A stretch of 64,000 nucleotides of DNA from Bacteroidaceae bacterium (GCA_017507385.1 JAFWAX010000013.1:1-64000), one strand, 5' to 3'; shown: positions 38,253-48,694, counted from the first letter of the stretch. Numbers and translations are program-made. Notes: a model not told the origin generated them from the letters alone.

Positions 38253-40412
38253 ATGAAAGTTTACCAGACCAACGAAATCAAGAACATTGCCCTACTTGGC
38301 AATGACGGTGCCGGTAAGACCACTCTTACCGAAGCACTTTTGTATGAAGCAGGAATCATCAGTCGTCGTGGTCGCATTACAGCAAAGAATACTGTAAGCG
38401 ACTATTTTCCTGTAGAGCAGGAGTATGGATACAGCGTCTTTTCCACTGTATTCCATGTGGAATGGAATGGTAAGAAACTGAATATCATAGACTGCCCTGG
38501 AGCTGACGACTTTGTCGGAGCCGCCATGACAGCACTGAATGTGACAGACACAGCCCTGCTCCTCATCAACGGACAATATGGACCAGAAGTCGGCACACAG
38601 AACCACTTCCGCTACACAGAGAAACTTGGCAAGCCCGTCATTTTCCTGGTGAACCAGCTTGACTCTGAAAAGTGCGACTACAACCAAGTTGTCGACAACC
38701 TCATCAGCATCTATGGCTCAAAGGTTATCCCTATCCAATATCCTCTCAACGAAGGACCGAACTTCAACTCGCTCATCGACGTGCTTCTCATGAAGAAGTA
38801 CTCTTGGGGGCCAGACGGAGGGGCTCCAACCATCGAAGACATTCCAGAAAGCGAGAAAGAAAAAGCGATGGAAATGCACCGTGCTCTCGTAGAAGCAGCT
38901 GCAGAAAACGACGAGGAACTGATGGAGAAGTTCTTTGACACAGAAGCGCTTACCGAGGATGAACTGCGCACAGGTATCCGAAAAGGCCTGGCTACACGTT
39001 CCATGTTCCCCGTTTTCTGCGTCTGTGCAACAAAGGACATGGGCGTACGTCGCCTCATGGAATTCCTTGGCAACGTTGTGCCATTTGTTGACGAAATGCC
39101 ACAAGAGCACAACACACGCGGCGAGGAGGTGAAGCCTGATCCAAACGCACCAACATCACTCTACTTCTTCAAGACAGCCAACGAGCCACACATCGGCGGT
39201 GTACAATACTTCAAAGTCATGTCAGGCAAAGTCCATGAAGGCGACGACCTGACCAACACAGACCGTGGTTCAAAAGAACGCATTGCACAGCTGTTCGCAT
39301 GCGCTGGCGCAAACCGCATCAAAGTAGAAGAACTGGTTGCCGGAGACATTGGCTGCACAGTGAAGCTGAAGGATGTACGCACAGGCAACACGCTTGCAGG
39401 AAAAGACTGCGAACACAGATTCAACTTCGTCAAATATCCAAATCCAAAGTATATCCGCGCTGTCAAGGCTGAAAACGAAGCCGACACAGAAAAAATGGTT
39501 GCAGCCATCCAGAAGATGTCGCAGGAGGACCCAACATGGATTCTTGAACAATCTAAGGAATTGAAGCAGACATTGGTAAAGGGACAGGGAGAATTCCACC
39601 TTCGCACACTCAAATGGAGAATGGAGAACAATGAAAAGATTGCCATCCGATTTGAAGAGCCCAAGATTCCTTATCGCGAAACAATCACAAAGGCAGCCCG
39701 TGCAGACTACCGTCACAAGAAGCAGTCAGGAGGTGCTGGACAGTTCGGCGAAGTACACCTCATTGTAGAGCCTTACTACGACGGCATGCCAGAACCAACT
39801 ACATATAAGTTCGGCAATCAGGAATTCAAGATCAACGCAAAGAGCAAAGAAGAGGTTGAACTCGAATGGGGCGGAAAGGTAGTCTTCATCAACTCCGTTG
39901 TGGGTGGCGCAATTGACACTCGTTTCATGCCAGCCATCCTCAAGGGCATCATGAGCCGCATGGAGCAAGGTCCGCTAACTGGTTCGTATGCACGAGATGT
40001 ACGCGTCATCGTCTATGACGGAAAGATGCACCCAGTTGACTCTAACGAACTTTCATTCATGCTGGCAGGTCGCCACGCCTTCTCTGACGCCTTCAAAGAG
40101 GCTGGTCCAAAGTTGCTGGAGCCAATTTATGACGTTGAAGTATTCGTGCCAGGCGACAAGATGGGCGACGTGATGTCTGACCTTCAGGGCCGCAGAGGCA
40201 TGATTATCGGTAGCGAGAGTGAAAACGGCTATGAGAAGCTGATTGCCAAAGTGCCTCTCAAGAGCCTCTCAAGCTATTCAACCACCCTCAGTTCTATCAC
40301 TGGCGGACGCGCCAGCTTCATCATGAAGTTCGCTTCTTACGAACTTGTACCAACCGACATCCAGCAGAAGCTGATGAAGGAGTTCGAGGAACAGAACAAG
40401 GACGAAGACTAA
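38253..40412 (+). CDS. elongation factor G paralog (EF-G family GTPase)
   Basis: 719 aa. G1 GNDGAGKTT. G3 DCPG. EF-G domain IV/V-like C-terminus (RFEEPKIPYRETI, HPVDSNE). Confidence 0.75.
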   Translation: MKVYQTNEIKNIALLGNDGAGKTTLTEALLYEAGIISRRGRITAKNTVSDYFPVEQEYGYSVFSTVFHVEWNGKKLNIIDCPGADDFVGAAMTALNVTDTALLLINGQYGPEVGTQNHFRYTEKLGKPVIFLVNQLDSEKCDYNQVVDNLISIYGSKVIPIQYPLNEGPNFNSLIDVLLMKKYSWGPDGGAPTIEDIPESEKEKAMEMHRALVEAAAENDEELMEKFFDTEALTEDELRTGIRKGLATRSMFPVFCVCATKDMGVRRLMEFLGNVVPFVDEMPQEHNTRGEEVKPDPNAPTSLYFFKTANEPHIGGVQYFKVMSGKVHEGDDLTNTDRGSKERIAQLFACAGANRIKVEELVAGDIGCTVKLKDVRTGNTLAGKDCEHRFNFVKYPNPKYIRAVKAENEADTEKMVAAIQKMSQEDPTWILEQSKELKQTLVKGQGEFHLRTLKWRMENNEKIAIRFEEPKIPYRETITKAARADYRHKKQSGGAGQFGEVHLIVEPYYDGMPEPTTYKFGNQEFKINAKSKEEVELEWGGKVVFINSVVGGAIDTRFMPAILKGIMSRMEQGPLTGSYARDVRVIVYDGKMHPVDSNELSFMLAGRHAFSDAFKEAGPKLLEPIYDVEVFVPGDKMGDVMSDLQGRRGMIIGSESENGYEKLIAKVPLKSLSSYSTTLSSITGGRASFIMKFASYELVPTDIQQKLMKEFEEQNKDED

Positions 40413-40467
40413 TATCGCAGCAAACGGCGTTATTGTCAATCGTAAAGACATACGAAAAACATTGCCA

Positions 40468-40506
40468 AAGGGTTACGCACACAAGCGTAGCCCTTTCTTT
40501 TTCCCC
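40468..40506 (+). terminator. terminator after the EF-G paralog
   Basis: AAGGGTTACGC-acaca-AGCGTAGCCCTT (one mismatch) followed by TCTTTTTCC. Confidence 0.4.
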
Positions 40507-40691
40507 ACGCGCCCCATCATCATGTATTCTTTCTCCGATTTTTAAGATACTTTCTATTTTGTCAACTAAAAATAATTTATTTAGTTAACGAATACAAAAT
40601 ATTTAACCATATCACCTTATATTTGGTTAAATCAAACATTCTTTTTTAATATTAAAAGTATATTTGCGGCGTAAAATAACATTACAAAAAA

Positions 40692-42221
40692 ATGAAAAAA
40701 GCTGCTATCATTGCCTTATCCAGTATCATGGGACTATCCTTCATCAGTTTGCTTGTCATGCAAATGCGATACATCGAAGAGATAACAACCCTACGACATG
40801 AGTACTTTCAAGAGTCAGCCCAACGAAGCATGTACGAAACAGCCCGACGTCTCGAATTGTCTGAAGCCAAGCGCTATCTGGAGCTGGGGCCAGATGCTGC
40901 AAGCGGGATTATCACAGCAGAAGACTCCATCTATACAAGCACAGACACTTCCATCGTGCAACGTACACATCAGGTGAAAGCCAAAGATGGCAGTGTTTTC
41001 ACATCGCGCGAAACAACGGCAAGCACCAACCTCTCCGACAAGTACTTCACAAAGAAAACGGGGAGTGAAAATGACCGCAAGCGTTCACTTGAAGAGATTA
41101 TGGCCATGCGTTACGCGACAGAGAAAGGCCTGGTAGAGGATGTCATCTACAGTATACTCTATACAGCCAATGACCACCCACTGGATGAACGCATCGACTT
41201 CATCGAATTAGACCAATTGCTCAAGAAAGAATTCAGCAGCAATGGTATTAACATACCCTATCATTTCAGAGTAATCGACAACAACGGGAACACCATCCAC
41301 AAATGCTCCGACTATGAGGAAACGGGGCAAGAACTCTCTTTTAAGGAAGCCCTGTTCAAGAACGACCCCGTGCAATGTGGCGGCATCCTGGAAGTTCACT
41401 TTCCTGACCTCAGCAAGTACATTTGGCGCTCTCTGTGGTTTATCATCCCTTCGCTGATTTTCACCCTCATCCTGCTCTTCACCTTCATCGCCACCCTCAT
41501 GCTGGTGTTCAGGCAAAAGAAACTGACAGAACTGAAGAATGACTTCATTAACAACATGACCCACGAGTTCAAAACCCCCATCTCATCCATCTCGCTCGCT
41601 GCACAAATGCTGGGAGACAACACTATCAAGAAAACGCCGACCCTGCTACAGCGGCTAACGTCAACGATTCTTGACGAGACAGAGCGATTGAGATTCCAGG
41701 TCGAGAAAGTGCTACAACTATCAACACACGAGAACCAGAAAGCCAACCTTCACATGAAAGAAGTTGACATTAACGAACTCATTGCAGGAGTGACACACAC
41801 TTTTGCCCTGAAGGTGGAAAAAAACGGCGGAAAAATCATCACCATCCTTAATGCCGAGTCACCTATCGTCTGCGTGGACGAAATGCACTTCACTAATGTC
41901 ATCTTCAATCTGATGGACAATGCTGTCAAATACAAGCGCTTAGATACCAACCTCGAGCTCTGCGTAGAAACATGGAACGAACCCGGACATCTATGCATCT
42001 CCATCAAGGACAATGGCATCGGCGTGAAAAAAGAAGATTTGAAAAGGATTTTTGACAAATTCTATCGTGTTCCAACAGGCAACCTTCATGACGTCAAAGG
42101 CTTCGGGTTAGGCTTGGCTTATGTGAAGAAGATTGTCAAAGACCACAAAGGAAGCATTATCGCTGAAAGCGAATTTGGAATCGGTACAAAATTCATCATC
42201 AAATTAAAAACAAACAATTAA
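40692..42221 (+). CDS. two-component sensor histidine kinase
   Basis: N-terminal TM, periplasmic domain, second TM. HisKA motif NMTHEFKTPISSI. HATPase motifs DNGIGV and GFGLGLAY. Confidence 0.8.
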   Translation: MKKAAIIALSSIMGLSFISLLVMQMRYIEEITTLRHEYFQESAQRSMYETARRLELSEAKRYLELGPDAASGIITAEDSIYTSTDTSIVQRTHQVKAKDGSVFTSRETTASTNLSDKYFTKKTGSENDRKRSLEEIMAMRYATEKGLVEDVIYSILYTANDHPLDERIDFIELDQLLKKEFSSNGINIPYHFRVIDNNGNTIHKCSDYEETGQELSFKEALFKNDPVQCGGILEVHFPDLSKYIWRSLWFIIPSLIFTLILLFTFIATLMLVFRQKKLTELKNDFINNMTHEFKTPISSISLAAQMLGDNTIKKTPTLLQRLTSTILDETERLRFQVEKVLQLSTHENQKANLHMKEVDINELIAGVTHTFALKVEKNGGKIITILNAESPIVCVDEMHFTNVIFNLMDNAVKYKRLDTNLELCVETWNEPGHLCISIKDNGIGVKKEDLKRIFDKFYRVPTGNLHDVKGFGLGLAYVKKIVKDHKGSIIAESEFGIGTKFIIKLKTNN

Positions 42222-42276
42222 GCCACAGGCAATAGACAATAGCAAACAAATTCATCAACCTTTAAATTTATATCTT

Positions 42277-42999
42277 ATGATTACAGACAACAAACTTGAA
42301 GAAGTTAACATCCTTCTTTGCGAAGACGACGAGAGTTTAGGCATGCTTCTCCGCGAGTATCTCGAAGCTAAAGGCTATCACACCACCCTGTGCCAGGATG
42401 GCGAAGAAGGTTTCGACACCTTCCTGCAAGGTAGTTTCAGTCTCTGTATTCTTGACGTGATGATGCCACGAATGGACGGATTCACATTAGCAAAAAAAAT
42501 TCGCGAACTCAACTACGACATGCCATTCATGTTCCTTACTGCCAAGAACCTCAAGGACGATGTACGAGAGGGATTTGAACTCGGTGCAGACGACTACATC
42601 ACCAAGCCATTCTCCATGGAAGAAGTAGTATTCCGTATCGAAGCCATCCTTCGCCGCGTGCACGGCAAGAAGAACAAAGATCAGGCCGTTCGCCAGATTG
42701 GGAAATTCACGTTCGACACTCAAAAGCAGATGCTCTACATGGGAAACAAGCAGGAAAAGCTCACCACCAAGGAGGCAGAATTGCTCACCCTGCTCAGCAA
42801 CCGCCAGAACGAACTGCTACAACGCGATTATGCCCTCAAGACCATCTGGATTGACGACAACTATTTCAATGCGCGTTCAATGGACGTTTACATCACAAAA
42901 CTGCGCAAACACCTAAAAGACGACCCGAATGTGGAAATCATCAACGTGCATGGCAAGGGCTACAAGCTTGTTATCAGCAATGGAGCAGAATCGGCATAA
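42277..42999 (+). CDS. OmpR-family response regulator
   Basis: Receiver D (ILLCEDDES..DVMMP). C-terminal winged helix (LTTKEAELLTLL...YITKLRKHL). Confidence 0.85.
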   Translation: MITDNKLEEVNILLCEDDESLGMLLREYLEAKGYHTTLCQDGEEGFDTFLQGSFSLCILDVMMPRMDGFTLAKKIRELNYDMPFMFLTAKNLKDDVREGFELGADDYITKPFSMEEVVFRIEAILRRVHGKKNKDQAVRQIGKFTFDTQKQMLYMGNKQEKLTTKEAELLTLLSNRQNELLQRDYALKTIWIDDNYFNARSMDVYITKLRKHLKDDPNVEIINVHGKGYKLVISNGAESA

Positions 43000-43020
43000 T
43001 CAAAGAGGCCATAAACAAGA

Positions 43021-43049
43021 AAAGGTGGACAATCGTCCACCTTTTTTGT
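43021..43049. terminator. bidirectional terminator hairpin
   Basis: AAAGGTGGAC-aatc-GTCCACCTTTTTTG. Confidence 0.6.
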
Positions 43050-43094
43050 TTCTTCACAAAAGAATCACAATAGTCTGCAATCCTTCAGCAAGCA

Positions 43095-43280
43095 TTACTC
43101 ATCTATTTTCTTCTTCATATAAATATGAGTCAGAAGGCCGGCAACGATAAGCACTACGCTGCCCCAAGTGTACCAGTTCTGGTCAGCCAAATCATTCATA
43201 AAAGGCACTAAAGAGCAAAGAATCTGGAGCACAGCGCCTAACACGATGAGTATAATACCAAGGTCTTTCTTCATTTTCAT
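43095..43280 (-). CDS. small two-TM membrane protein (61 aa), hypothetical
   Basis: Two clear hydrophobic helices. Lies between a terminator and the rpsF promoter region. Confidence 0.35.
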   Translation of the reverse strand: MKMKKDLGIILIVLGAVLQILCSLVPFMNDLADQNWYTWGSVVLIVAGLLTHIYMKKKIDE

Positions 43281-43516
43281 TGTATCTATTTATTTTATGT
43301 TATTTTCCATTAAATCAGTTACAAAATAACAACATTTTCCCCAAACTGCGAAACTTTTAAGCAAGATTTTTTCATTTTACCTAAAAAATCATCATTTTTC
43401 ACATCAAACTTCGACTTTCATTTCGTATTCACTCTCAAAATCCGCCAAAAACCTCATAAACAGAAAAATAATGTCCACTTTTTTTCGTACTTGCTTTTTT
43501 TTTCGTACCTTTGCAC

Positions 43517-43524
43517 CGCTTTTG
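43517..43524 (+). promoter_or_regulatory. candidate -7 element (TACCTTTG) of the rpsF-rpsR-rplI promoter
   Basis: Matches TAnnTTTG about 60 bp upstream of the rpsF ATG. Confidence 0.3.
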
Positions 43525-43583
43525 GCTCCACAAGAGCTTAAATAAACAAATTATTAACAAACAAAACTTACATTATTGATCTT

Positions 43584-43919
43584 ATGAATCAATACGAAAC
43601 CGTTTTCATTTTAACTCCCGTTTTGTCTGATGTTCAGATGAAGGAAGCGGCTGATAAGTTTGTCAACTACCTCCAGGGTAAGGGTGCTGAAATCATCAGC
43701 ACTGAGAACTGGGGTCTGAAGACACTTGCTTATCCTATTCAGAAGAAGACTTCTGGTTTCTACCAGATGATTGAATTCAAAGCCGACCCAACAGTGATTG
43801 CTAAATTAGAGTTGCAGATGCGTCGCGACGAGCGCGTTCTCCGCTACCTCACAGTTAAGAACGAGAAGTACGCTGCAGCATACGCTGAGAAGCGTCGTAA
43901 CCAAAAGAAGGAGGCTTAA
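43584..43919 (+). CDS. rpsF: 30S ribosomal protein S6
   Basis: [16 protein letters not shown]... characteristic S6 start. Confidence 0.9.
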   Translation: MNQYETVFILTPVLSDVQMKEAADKFVNYLQGKGAEIISTENWGLKTLAYPIQKKTSGFYQMIEFKADPTVIAKLELQMRRDERVLRYLTVKNEKYAAAYAEKRRNQKKEA

Positions 43920-43921
43920 TC

Positions 43922-44188
43922 ATGGCAGCACCATCAGAAATCAGATACTTAACTCCTACAACTGTTGACGTTAAGAAAAAGAAGTATTGCCGTTTCAAGA
44001 AGAGCGGTATCAAGTACATCGACTACAAGGATCCTGAATTCCTCAAGAAGTTCCTCAACGAGCAGGGAAAGATTCTTCCTCGCCGCATCACAGGCACTTC
44101 ACTCAAATATCAGCGCCGTGTAGCACAGGCAGTGAAGCGTGCACGTCACCTTGCACTCCTTCCATTCGTAACAGACTTGTTGAAATAA
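43922..44188 (+). CDS. rpsR: 30S ribosomal protein S18
   Basis: ...[28 protein letters not shown]... Confidence 0.9.
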   Translation: MAAPSEIRYLTPTTVDVKKKKYCRFKKSGIKYIDYKDPEFLKKFLNEQGKILPRRITGTSLKYQRRVAQAVKRARHLALLPFVTDLLK

Positions 44189-44209
44189 TAAAATAGGAGG
44201 TAAGACAGT

Positions 44210-44728
44210 ATGAAAATCATTCTTAAGAAAGACGTTCTCGGCTTAGGCTACAAGGACGAAGTTCTCACAGTGAAGGACGGCTACGGCCGCAACTATCTTC
44301 TTCCTCAGGGTTTTGCAGTACTCGCTACTGAAAAAGCCGTAAAGCAGCTCAACGAGGAATTGAAGCAGCGTGCACACAAGATTGCAAAAATCAAGGCTGA
44401 TGCTGAAGCACAGGCTCAGAAGTTCGAAGGTGTATCTCTCGTTATCAAGGCTAAAGTTTCTGAAGGCAAGAACATCTACGGTTCTGTAGGCGCTAAGGAA
44501 ATCGCAGCAGCACTCGCAGAGAAGGGTCTCGAAATCGACAGCAAGCTCATCGCTATCAAGGGCGTTAAGGCACTTGGCAGCTACGAGGCTGTAGCTCGCT
44601 TCCACCGCGAAGTTTCTGTTGTCATCCCATTTGAGGTTGTCAACGAGAACGGCGAAGCAGCTCCTGCAGCAGCTCCTGCAAAGGCAGAAGAGCCAGCTCC
44701 AGCAGTTGAAGAGCCTGCAGCAGAATAA
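44210..44728 (+). CDS. rplI: 50S ribosomal protein L9
   Basis: MKIILKKDVLGLGYKDEVLTVKDGYGRNYLLPQG. Confidence 0.9.
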   Translation: MKIILKKDVLGLGYKDEVLTVKDGYGRNYLLPQGFAVLATEKAVKQLNEELKQRAHKIAKIKADAEAQAQKFEGVSLVIKAKVSEGKNIYGSVGAKEIAAALAEKGLEIDSKLIAIKGVKALGSYEAVARFHREVSVVIPFEVVNENGEAAPAAAPAKAEEPAPAVEEPAAE

Positions 44729-44751
44729 TCGTATTACATACGAAATATAAA

Positions 44752-44794
44752 AAGAAGGCTGATTCCCATCATAGGAGTCAGCCTTCTTTCGTTT
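44752..44794. terminator. terminator hairpin after rplI, also facing the restriction-modification cassette
   Basis: AAGAAGGCTGA-ttcccatcatagga-GTCAGCCTTCTT. Confidence 0.6.
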
Positions 44795-44870
44795 GTGGAT
44801 CAGAGACAATGGGACATTCACAACAAAATTAACGATAATTACAACTATAATCAAGCAACCTTTTCGGTAA

Positions 44871-46010
44871 CTAATAATTTGTAATTAATAAATGAGTTAC
44901 TTTTTTATCGTTTCTATTCATAAAACTAACAAGATACTCTTTATCAAAAGTTCTTATTTTAACACCCTCTTTATTATATAAACTAGATATAAAATCTGTA
45001 TTTTTAATAATCATCATCCATTTTGCCTTACATTCATTTATCATATAGTTTGCAAGTCTTATTTGGTCTGTGCGAGTAAATGCATTTTGTGCATAAGTAC
45101 TGAATTCGCTATCATATGGAGGGTCCAAGAAAACAAAATCATCCTTAGTTGGTTTATTTTCCCGAAGAAACTGCTCAAAGTCCTGATTAAATATTTGGGT
45201 TGACGAAAAATGCTCTAGCAAAGGGGAAGACTGATAATAATTCTTTTTTTTCGCCATTAATTTCCCATTATAAGCAATGCCACCATAAGGGACATTAAAT
45301 TCTCCTTTTTTACTATATCTAAACATGCCGCTATAAGCATAATTACGCATAAAGACAAACAATGCTGTCTGAAGCGGCTTATTATTGCTCAATACACACT
45401 TACAATTATACATATTTCTATAGTTCATATACACCGCACTCTTTATGGCTGTTTCTATATTATCATCCAAATCCTTATCAGAAAGAACATGCTTTTTCTT
45501 CTCCAATTCATGCATCCTAACCATCTTCCTGAAAAGATTTATTTTCATCTCTTCAATCAAGACACAAGGATAAGAAGCAAACTCTTTCCCTATAATATCC
45601 CGAATTTCAAACTCTTTAGTCTCACAAAAAGCCTGAATATATTCTTTCAAATTTTCTTTTTTTATTTTATTTTCTCGGTACTGTAGAAAGAGATTGACAA
45701 ATTCTCTATTCAACCTGAAAAAATGAGCAGCATTTTCCCAAGACGCATCCATCATTTCTATATATTCAAAGAATTTTTTGTCTTGTAATGCTATACTATT
45801 ATAAAGTGAGATAAGTTCTGCTGAAAAATCGTTTATATAATACTCTTTGGCTTGAATAGCCATAAACACAGATCCACCACCAACAAATGGTTCAAAGAAT
45901 CTATTAAAGGCTGGTAAATTAGGAATAATATATTTCAACTCTTTTTCTTTCCCACCTGGCCACTTAATAATAGGCGGCAATATGGTATAATTACTAATTT
46001 CTTTTTTCAT
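44871..46010 (-). CDS. Dam/DpnM-like N6-adenine DNA methyltransferase (alpha class, D12 family)
   Basis: Motif I FEPFVGGGSVF. Motif IV FLDPPYDS. Colinear with DpnM (..FDPPY..SETSAFTSY..QVRL). About 30% GC. Confidence 0.8.
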   Translation of the reverse strand: MKKEISNYTILPPIIKWPGGKEKELKYIIPNLPAFNRFFEPFVGGGSVFMAIQAKEYYINDFSAELISLYNSIALQDKKFFEYIEMMDASWENAAHFFRLNREFVNLFLQYRENKIKKENLKEYIQAFCETKEFEIRDIIGKEFASYPCVLIEEMKINLFRKMVRMHELEKKKHVLSDKDLDDNIETAIKSAVYMNYRNMYNCKCVLSNNKPLQTALFVFMRNYAYSGMFRYSKKGEFNVPYGGIAYNGKLMAKKKNYYQSSPLLEHFSSTQIFNQDFEQFLRENKPTKDDFVFLDPPYDSEFSTYAQNAFTRTDQIRLANYMINECKAKWMMIIKNTDFISSLYNKEGVKIRTFDKEYLVSFMNRNDKKVTHLLITNY

Positions 46011-46852
46011 ACAAAAAAATCTTCTATTTCAAACAGATTCGGTTGATAAGGAATAGCTCTTTCACATACACACGAGCCATCTTGTTCAGCTAATTCGTAA
46101 AACATCTTTTTTTTCATCTTTTGTTCATCACATTTCTTTAGCAAAAGCATTTCCATTCTTTGTCTGGCCGCATCACAATAGACTTCCTCTATTTCCACGC
46201 CAACAAATCGCCTATTAAGTTCCAAAGCGGCAACCCCCGTCGACCCAACTCCCATAAAAGGATCAAATATGATATCATCTTCATTTGATGCTATTTCTAT
46301 CATCTTTTTAAGGATAGAAACAGGCTTTTGAGCTGGGTGCTTTGGGTCACTCAACCTTTCTGGGCGCATACATATTGGGCTTTCTAGAAAATTGTGCATT
46401 TCTGCCTGCGAAATAAAATTCCATGTATGTTTTTTATTCCAACAAGTAAATATCATTTCACAGCTATTAAGAAAGCCCGCCTTAAATATCTTGGGAGCTG
46501 GATTTGTCTTGTGCCAAATCATAAAATTCGAAGTGTCGAACTTATGGTCAAGACAGTTGTACCACCTACCTAGCTGATTATAGGATGTAAATATAAAAAG
46601 ATTTCCTGTTGGCTTCAAAATTCTGATAAATTCATCCGCCCATTCTTCGGGATTAAAATCAATCATATCCCATTCTGCAATATCGTTATTTAATGCAGAA
46701 CGTCCAGATAAATGGATATTACCAGTTGAATGTTTTCCCAAATTATAGGGAGGGTCTGTTAAGATAAAGTCAACAGAGTTATCTGGAATTCTTTTTATCA
46801 CCTCTCTACTATCAGCTCGCAGAATACATTTACGCCAATTTGGATTCTTCAT
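46007..46852 (-). CDS. DpnA-like DNA methyltransferase (beta class, N6-adenine or N4-cytosine)
   Basis: Motif IV first (ILTDPPYNLG), then WHKTNPAP, HPAQKP and motif I FDPFMGVGSTGVAA. Same order as DpnA/M.HinfI. 4 bp overlaps with both neighbours. Confidence 0.8.
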   Translation of the reverse strand: MKNPNWRKCILRADSREVIKRIPDNSVDFILTDPPYNLGKHSTGNIHLSGRSALNNDIAEWDMIDFNPEEWADEFIRILKPTGNLFIFTSYNQLGRWYNCLDHKFDTSNFMIWHKTNPAPKIFKAGFLNSCEMIFTCWNKKHTWNFISQAEMHNFLESPICMRPERLSDPKHPAQKPVSILKKMIEIASNEDDIIFDPFMGVGSTGVAALELNRRFVGVEIEEVYCDAARQRMEMLLLKKCDEQKMKKKMFYELAEQDGSCVCERAIPYQPNLFEIEDFFV

Positions 46853-46855
46853 TTA

Positions 46856-47668
46856 TTAATTTGGAAGATATGCTTCTTTTATTTCATCCAATGCTTCATT
46901 TATAAAGTGAGCATTCTTTTTATATTCATCAATAACTATTTCATATCCCTGATCTGATCGGCACACCAAATTCCAGAAATCCCGACTAATGCACAATTCT
47001 TCTTGACAGAAAAATTGTCGTACACGCCCTTGAGTCCATGGATTTCCCTCGCCATAGCGATTATAAGCGGTAGCGAATAGTACTTTCACATTTTCCTCAC
47101 CAAGCCTATTAGTTAGAATACAATATTGTTCCAGAAGAGCTTCTTTTTCAGAACGAGCTTTTTTATTATCAAGGTCACCACCTATTTTAAGTTCAATGAG
47201 ATAATGCATACCTGTTTCATGGTCTAGTAGATAATAATCACTTTCATGACGTTTGGTCTTTGCAGTCCCTATCATCTTCGAAATTCCCTGATAATCTGTA
47301 ATCTTAGGAATTCTTCTATTCAAATTTCTTTTATACTGTTCAAGGAGTTCCGCTATATAATCGGTCTGTTCTTTGTAGAGTATTCCCTCCACAAATTGAC
47401 TTACCTCATAATTTAGTTCAGCGATACTTATCGCCATACTTTCAAGCATATTACCCAAAGAACTATCAAGCGAGCGAGCCAAGGCTGAATAATACTGTAT
47501 TTCTGGTCCTAACGCCGCTATAAAAACATTATGAATCTTCATATTAATAACCCCATTCTCATCATTTACTTCTGCAAGATGGCGAGTAGAGAAACCATTC
47601 GCATACGATTTCACGGCACTACAAACAATGCTACGGATTGCCCTTTCTTTATCTATATATTCAGACAT
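46856..47668 (-). CDS. putative Type II restriction endonuclease of the cassette (PD-(D/E)xK candidate)
   Basis: 270 aa. D...E-L-K arrangement LLDHETGMHYLIELKIGGD. Position immediately upstream of two methylases in one AT-rich operon. No methylase motifs. Confidence 0.5.
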   Translation of the reverse strand: MSEYIDKERAIRSIVCSAVKSYANGFSTRHLAEVNDENGVINMKIHNVFIAALGPEIQYYSALARSLDSSLGNMLESMAISIAELNYEVSQFVEGILYKEQTDYIAELLEQYKRNLNRRIPKITDYQGISKMIGTAKTKRHESDYYLLDHETGMHYLIELKIGGDLDNKKARSEKEALLEQYCILTNRLGEENVKVLFATAYNRYGEGNPWTQGRVRQFFCQEELCISRDFWNLVCRSDQGYEIVIDEYKKNAHFINEALDEIKEAYLPN

Positions 47669-47699
47669 GATTGTACCTTATTAAATAATTATTTAATAC

Positions 47700-48540
47700 A
47701 ACAAAACCGCCTCCATCACAGGATTTTTAAATTCCCCCAAAATCATATGAAATAGCCAAAAGCAGGAAGAAAATCGCAGAAACAGAATATGGGTTCTCTG
47801 AAAGAATGCAGACAACAACATTGCAGATTCTTCAACACCAACAAAAAGTGGATTGAAGATAGCGTTCGTTACGAACATTTTCACATTAAGATTTTTGTTA
47901 GCCATAGTGATTGATAGTTTTATCATGCACCCAACTATCAATCACGCCAAGACGCAAAAAAGGCGTGATGCACCTTATCTGCGTTCAGCTTTGAGGCAGC
48001 CTCGGAATGGAAACCTCAGTTCGTCTTATATAAGGTATGCATCACACCTAAGTGTGAAGCATCACTACATATGACGAACAAAGTGTCCATACCGAACACC
48101 TTCACATATTATTTCTGTGTTACGTTATTTCCAATAAGTTTCCGAGGCTTTTGGCTGAACGCGAAATAATAGCGAATGCTTTGTTAATGGTTCGGATTTC
48201 TCCCCGAACCGATTGCAAAAGTACAAAACATTTCTGAGCCTCACAACAAATCAATGAAAATTCTTTGAACAGATTTGGATATACCAGAGAAGCTGCATCT
48301 ACACTAACCGCAGAGGGGCATATTCTCCTACGAGATTGCCGTGCTTTCTTTCCCTTATATACGAGGACGGAACAGGTACAAAAACAGATACGGATATGTA
48401 ACATTTGTAACAAGAATACTGTTACATATATAACACAACGAAAGTTCGAGGTAAGGCTTATTGCGTAATCCTTACCTCGAACCCACGTTACAATTAAAGT
48501 CCCGGAGTTGTTCTGATAACAATTTCCACACTGAATATTT
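47700..48540. other. ~850 bp non-coding tract with strong hairpins (10 bp stem ATATGTAACA/TGTTACATAT at about 48395..48435; 13 bp stem GTTCGAGGTAAGG/CCTTACCTCGAAC at about 48443..48480)
   Basis: Only short featureless ORFs. Hairpins read directly. Lies between the restriction-modification cassette and repeat C copy 2. Confidence 0.5.
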
Positions 48541-48599
48541 TAATTGAAGCGAAGAGGTGCTATCAAGAACATTACAAACGAGACACACAAGAAAAGACC

Positions 48600-48694
48600 A
48601 TGCCTTAACATACCGTACCCCTCGGGTCCGCCATGGTGGACCCGAGGGGTACGGTGCATCGGACCCGAGGGGTACGATTTGGAAAACTATAAGC
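48600..48694. repeat. intergenic repeat family C, copy 2 (identical to 25817..25911, same orientation)
   Basis: 95/95 identity by eye, including the GTACCCCTCGGGTCC...GGACCCGAGGGGTAC palindrome. Confidence 0.85.

Noticed and set aside
47700-48540. tmRNA, RNase P RNA, SRP RNA or a tRNA gene in the gene-less tract
   Set aside because: I looked for the tRNA-like ends and tag-peptide ORF of tmRNA, the P4 consensus of RNase P, and the SRP domain IV motif, and found none. The GGTTCG-containing hairpins do not complete a cloverleaf. Only a proper covariance-model scan can settle this.
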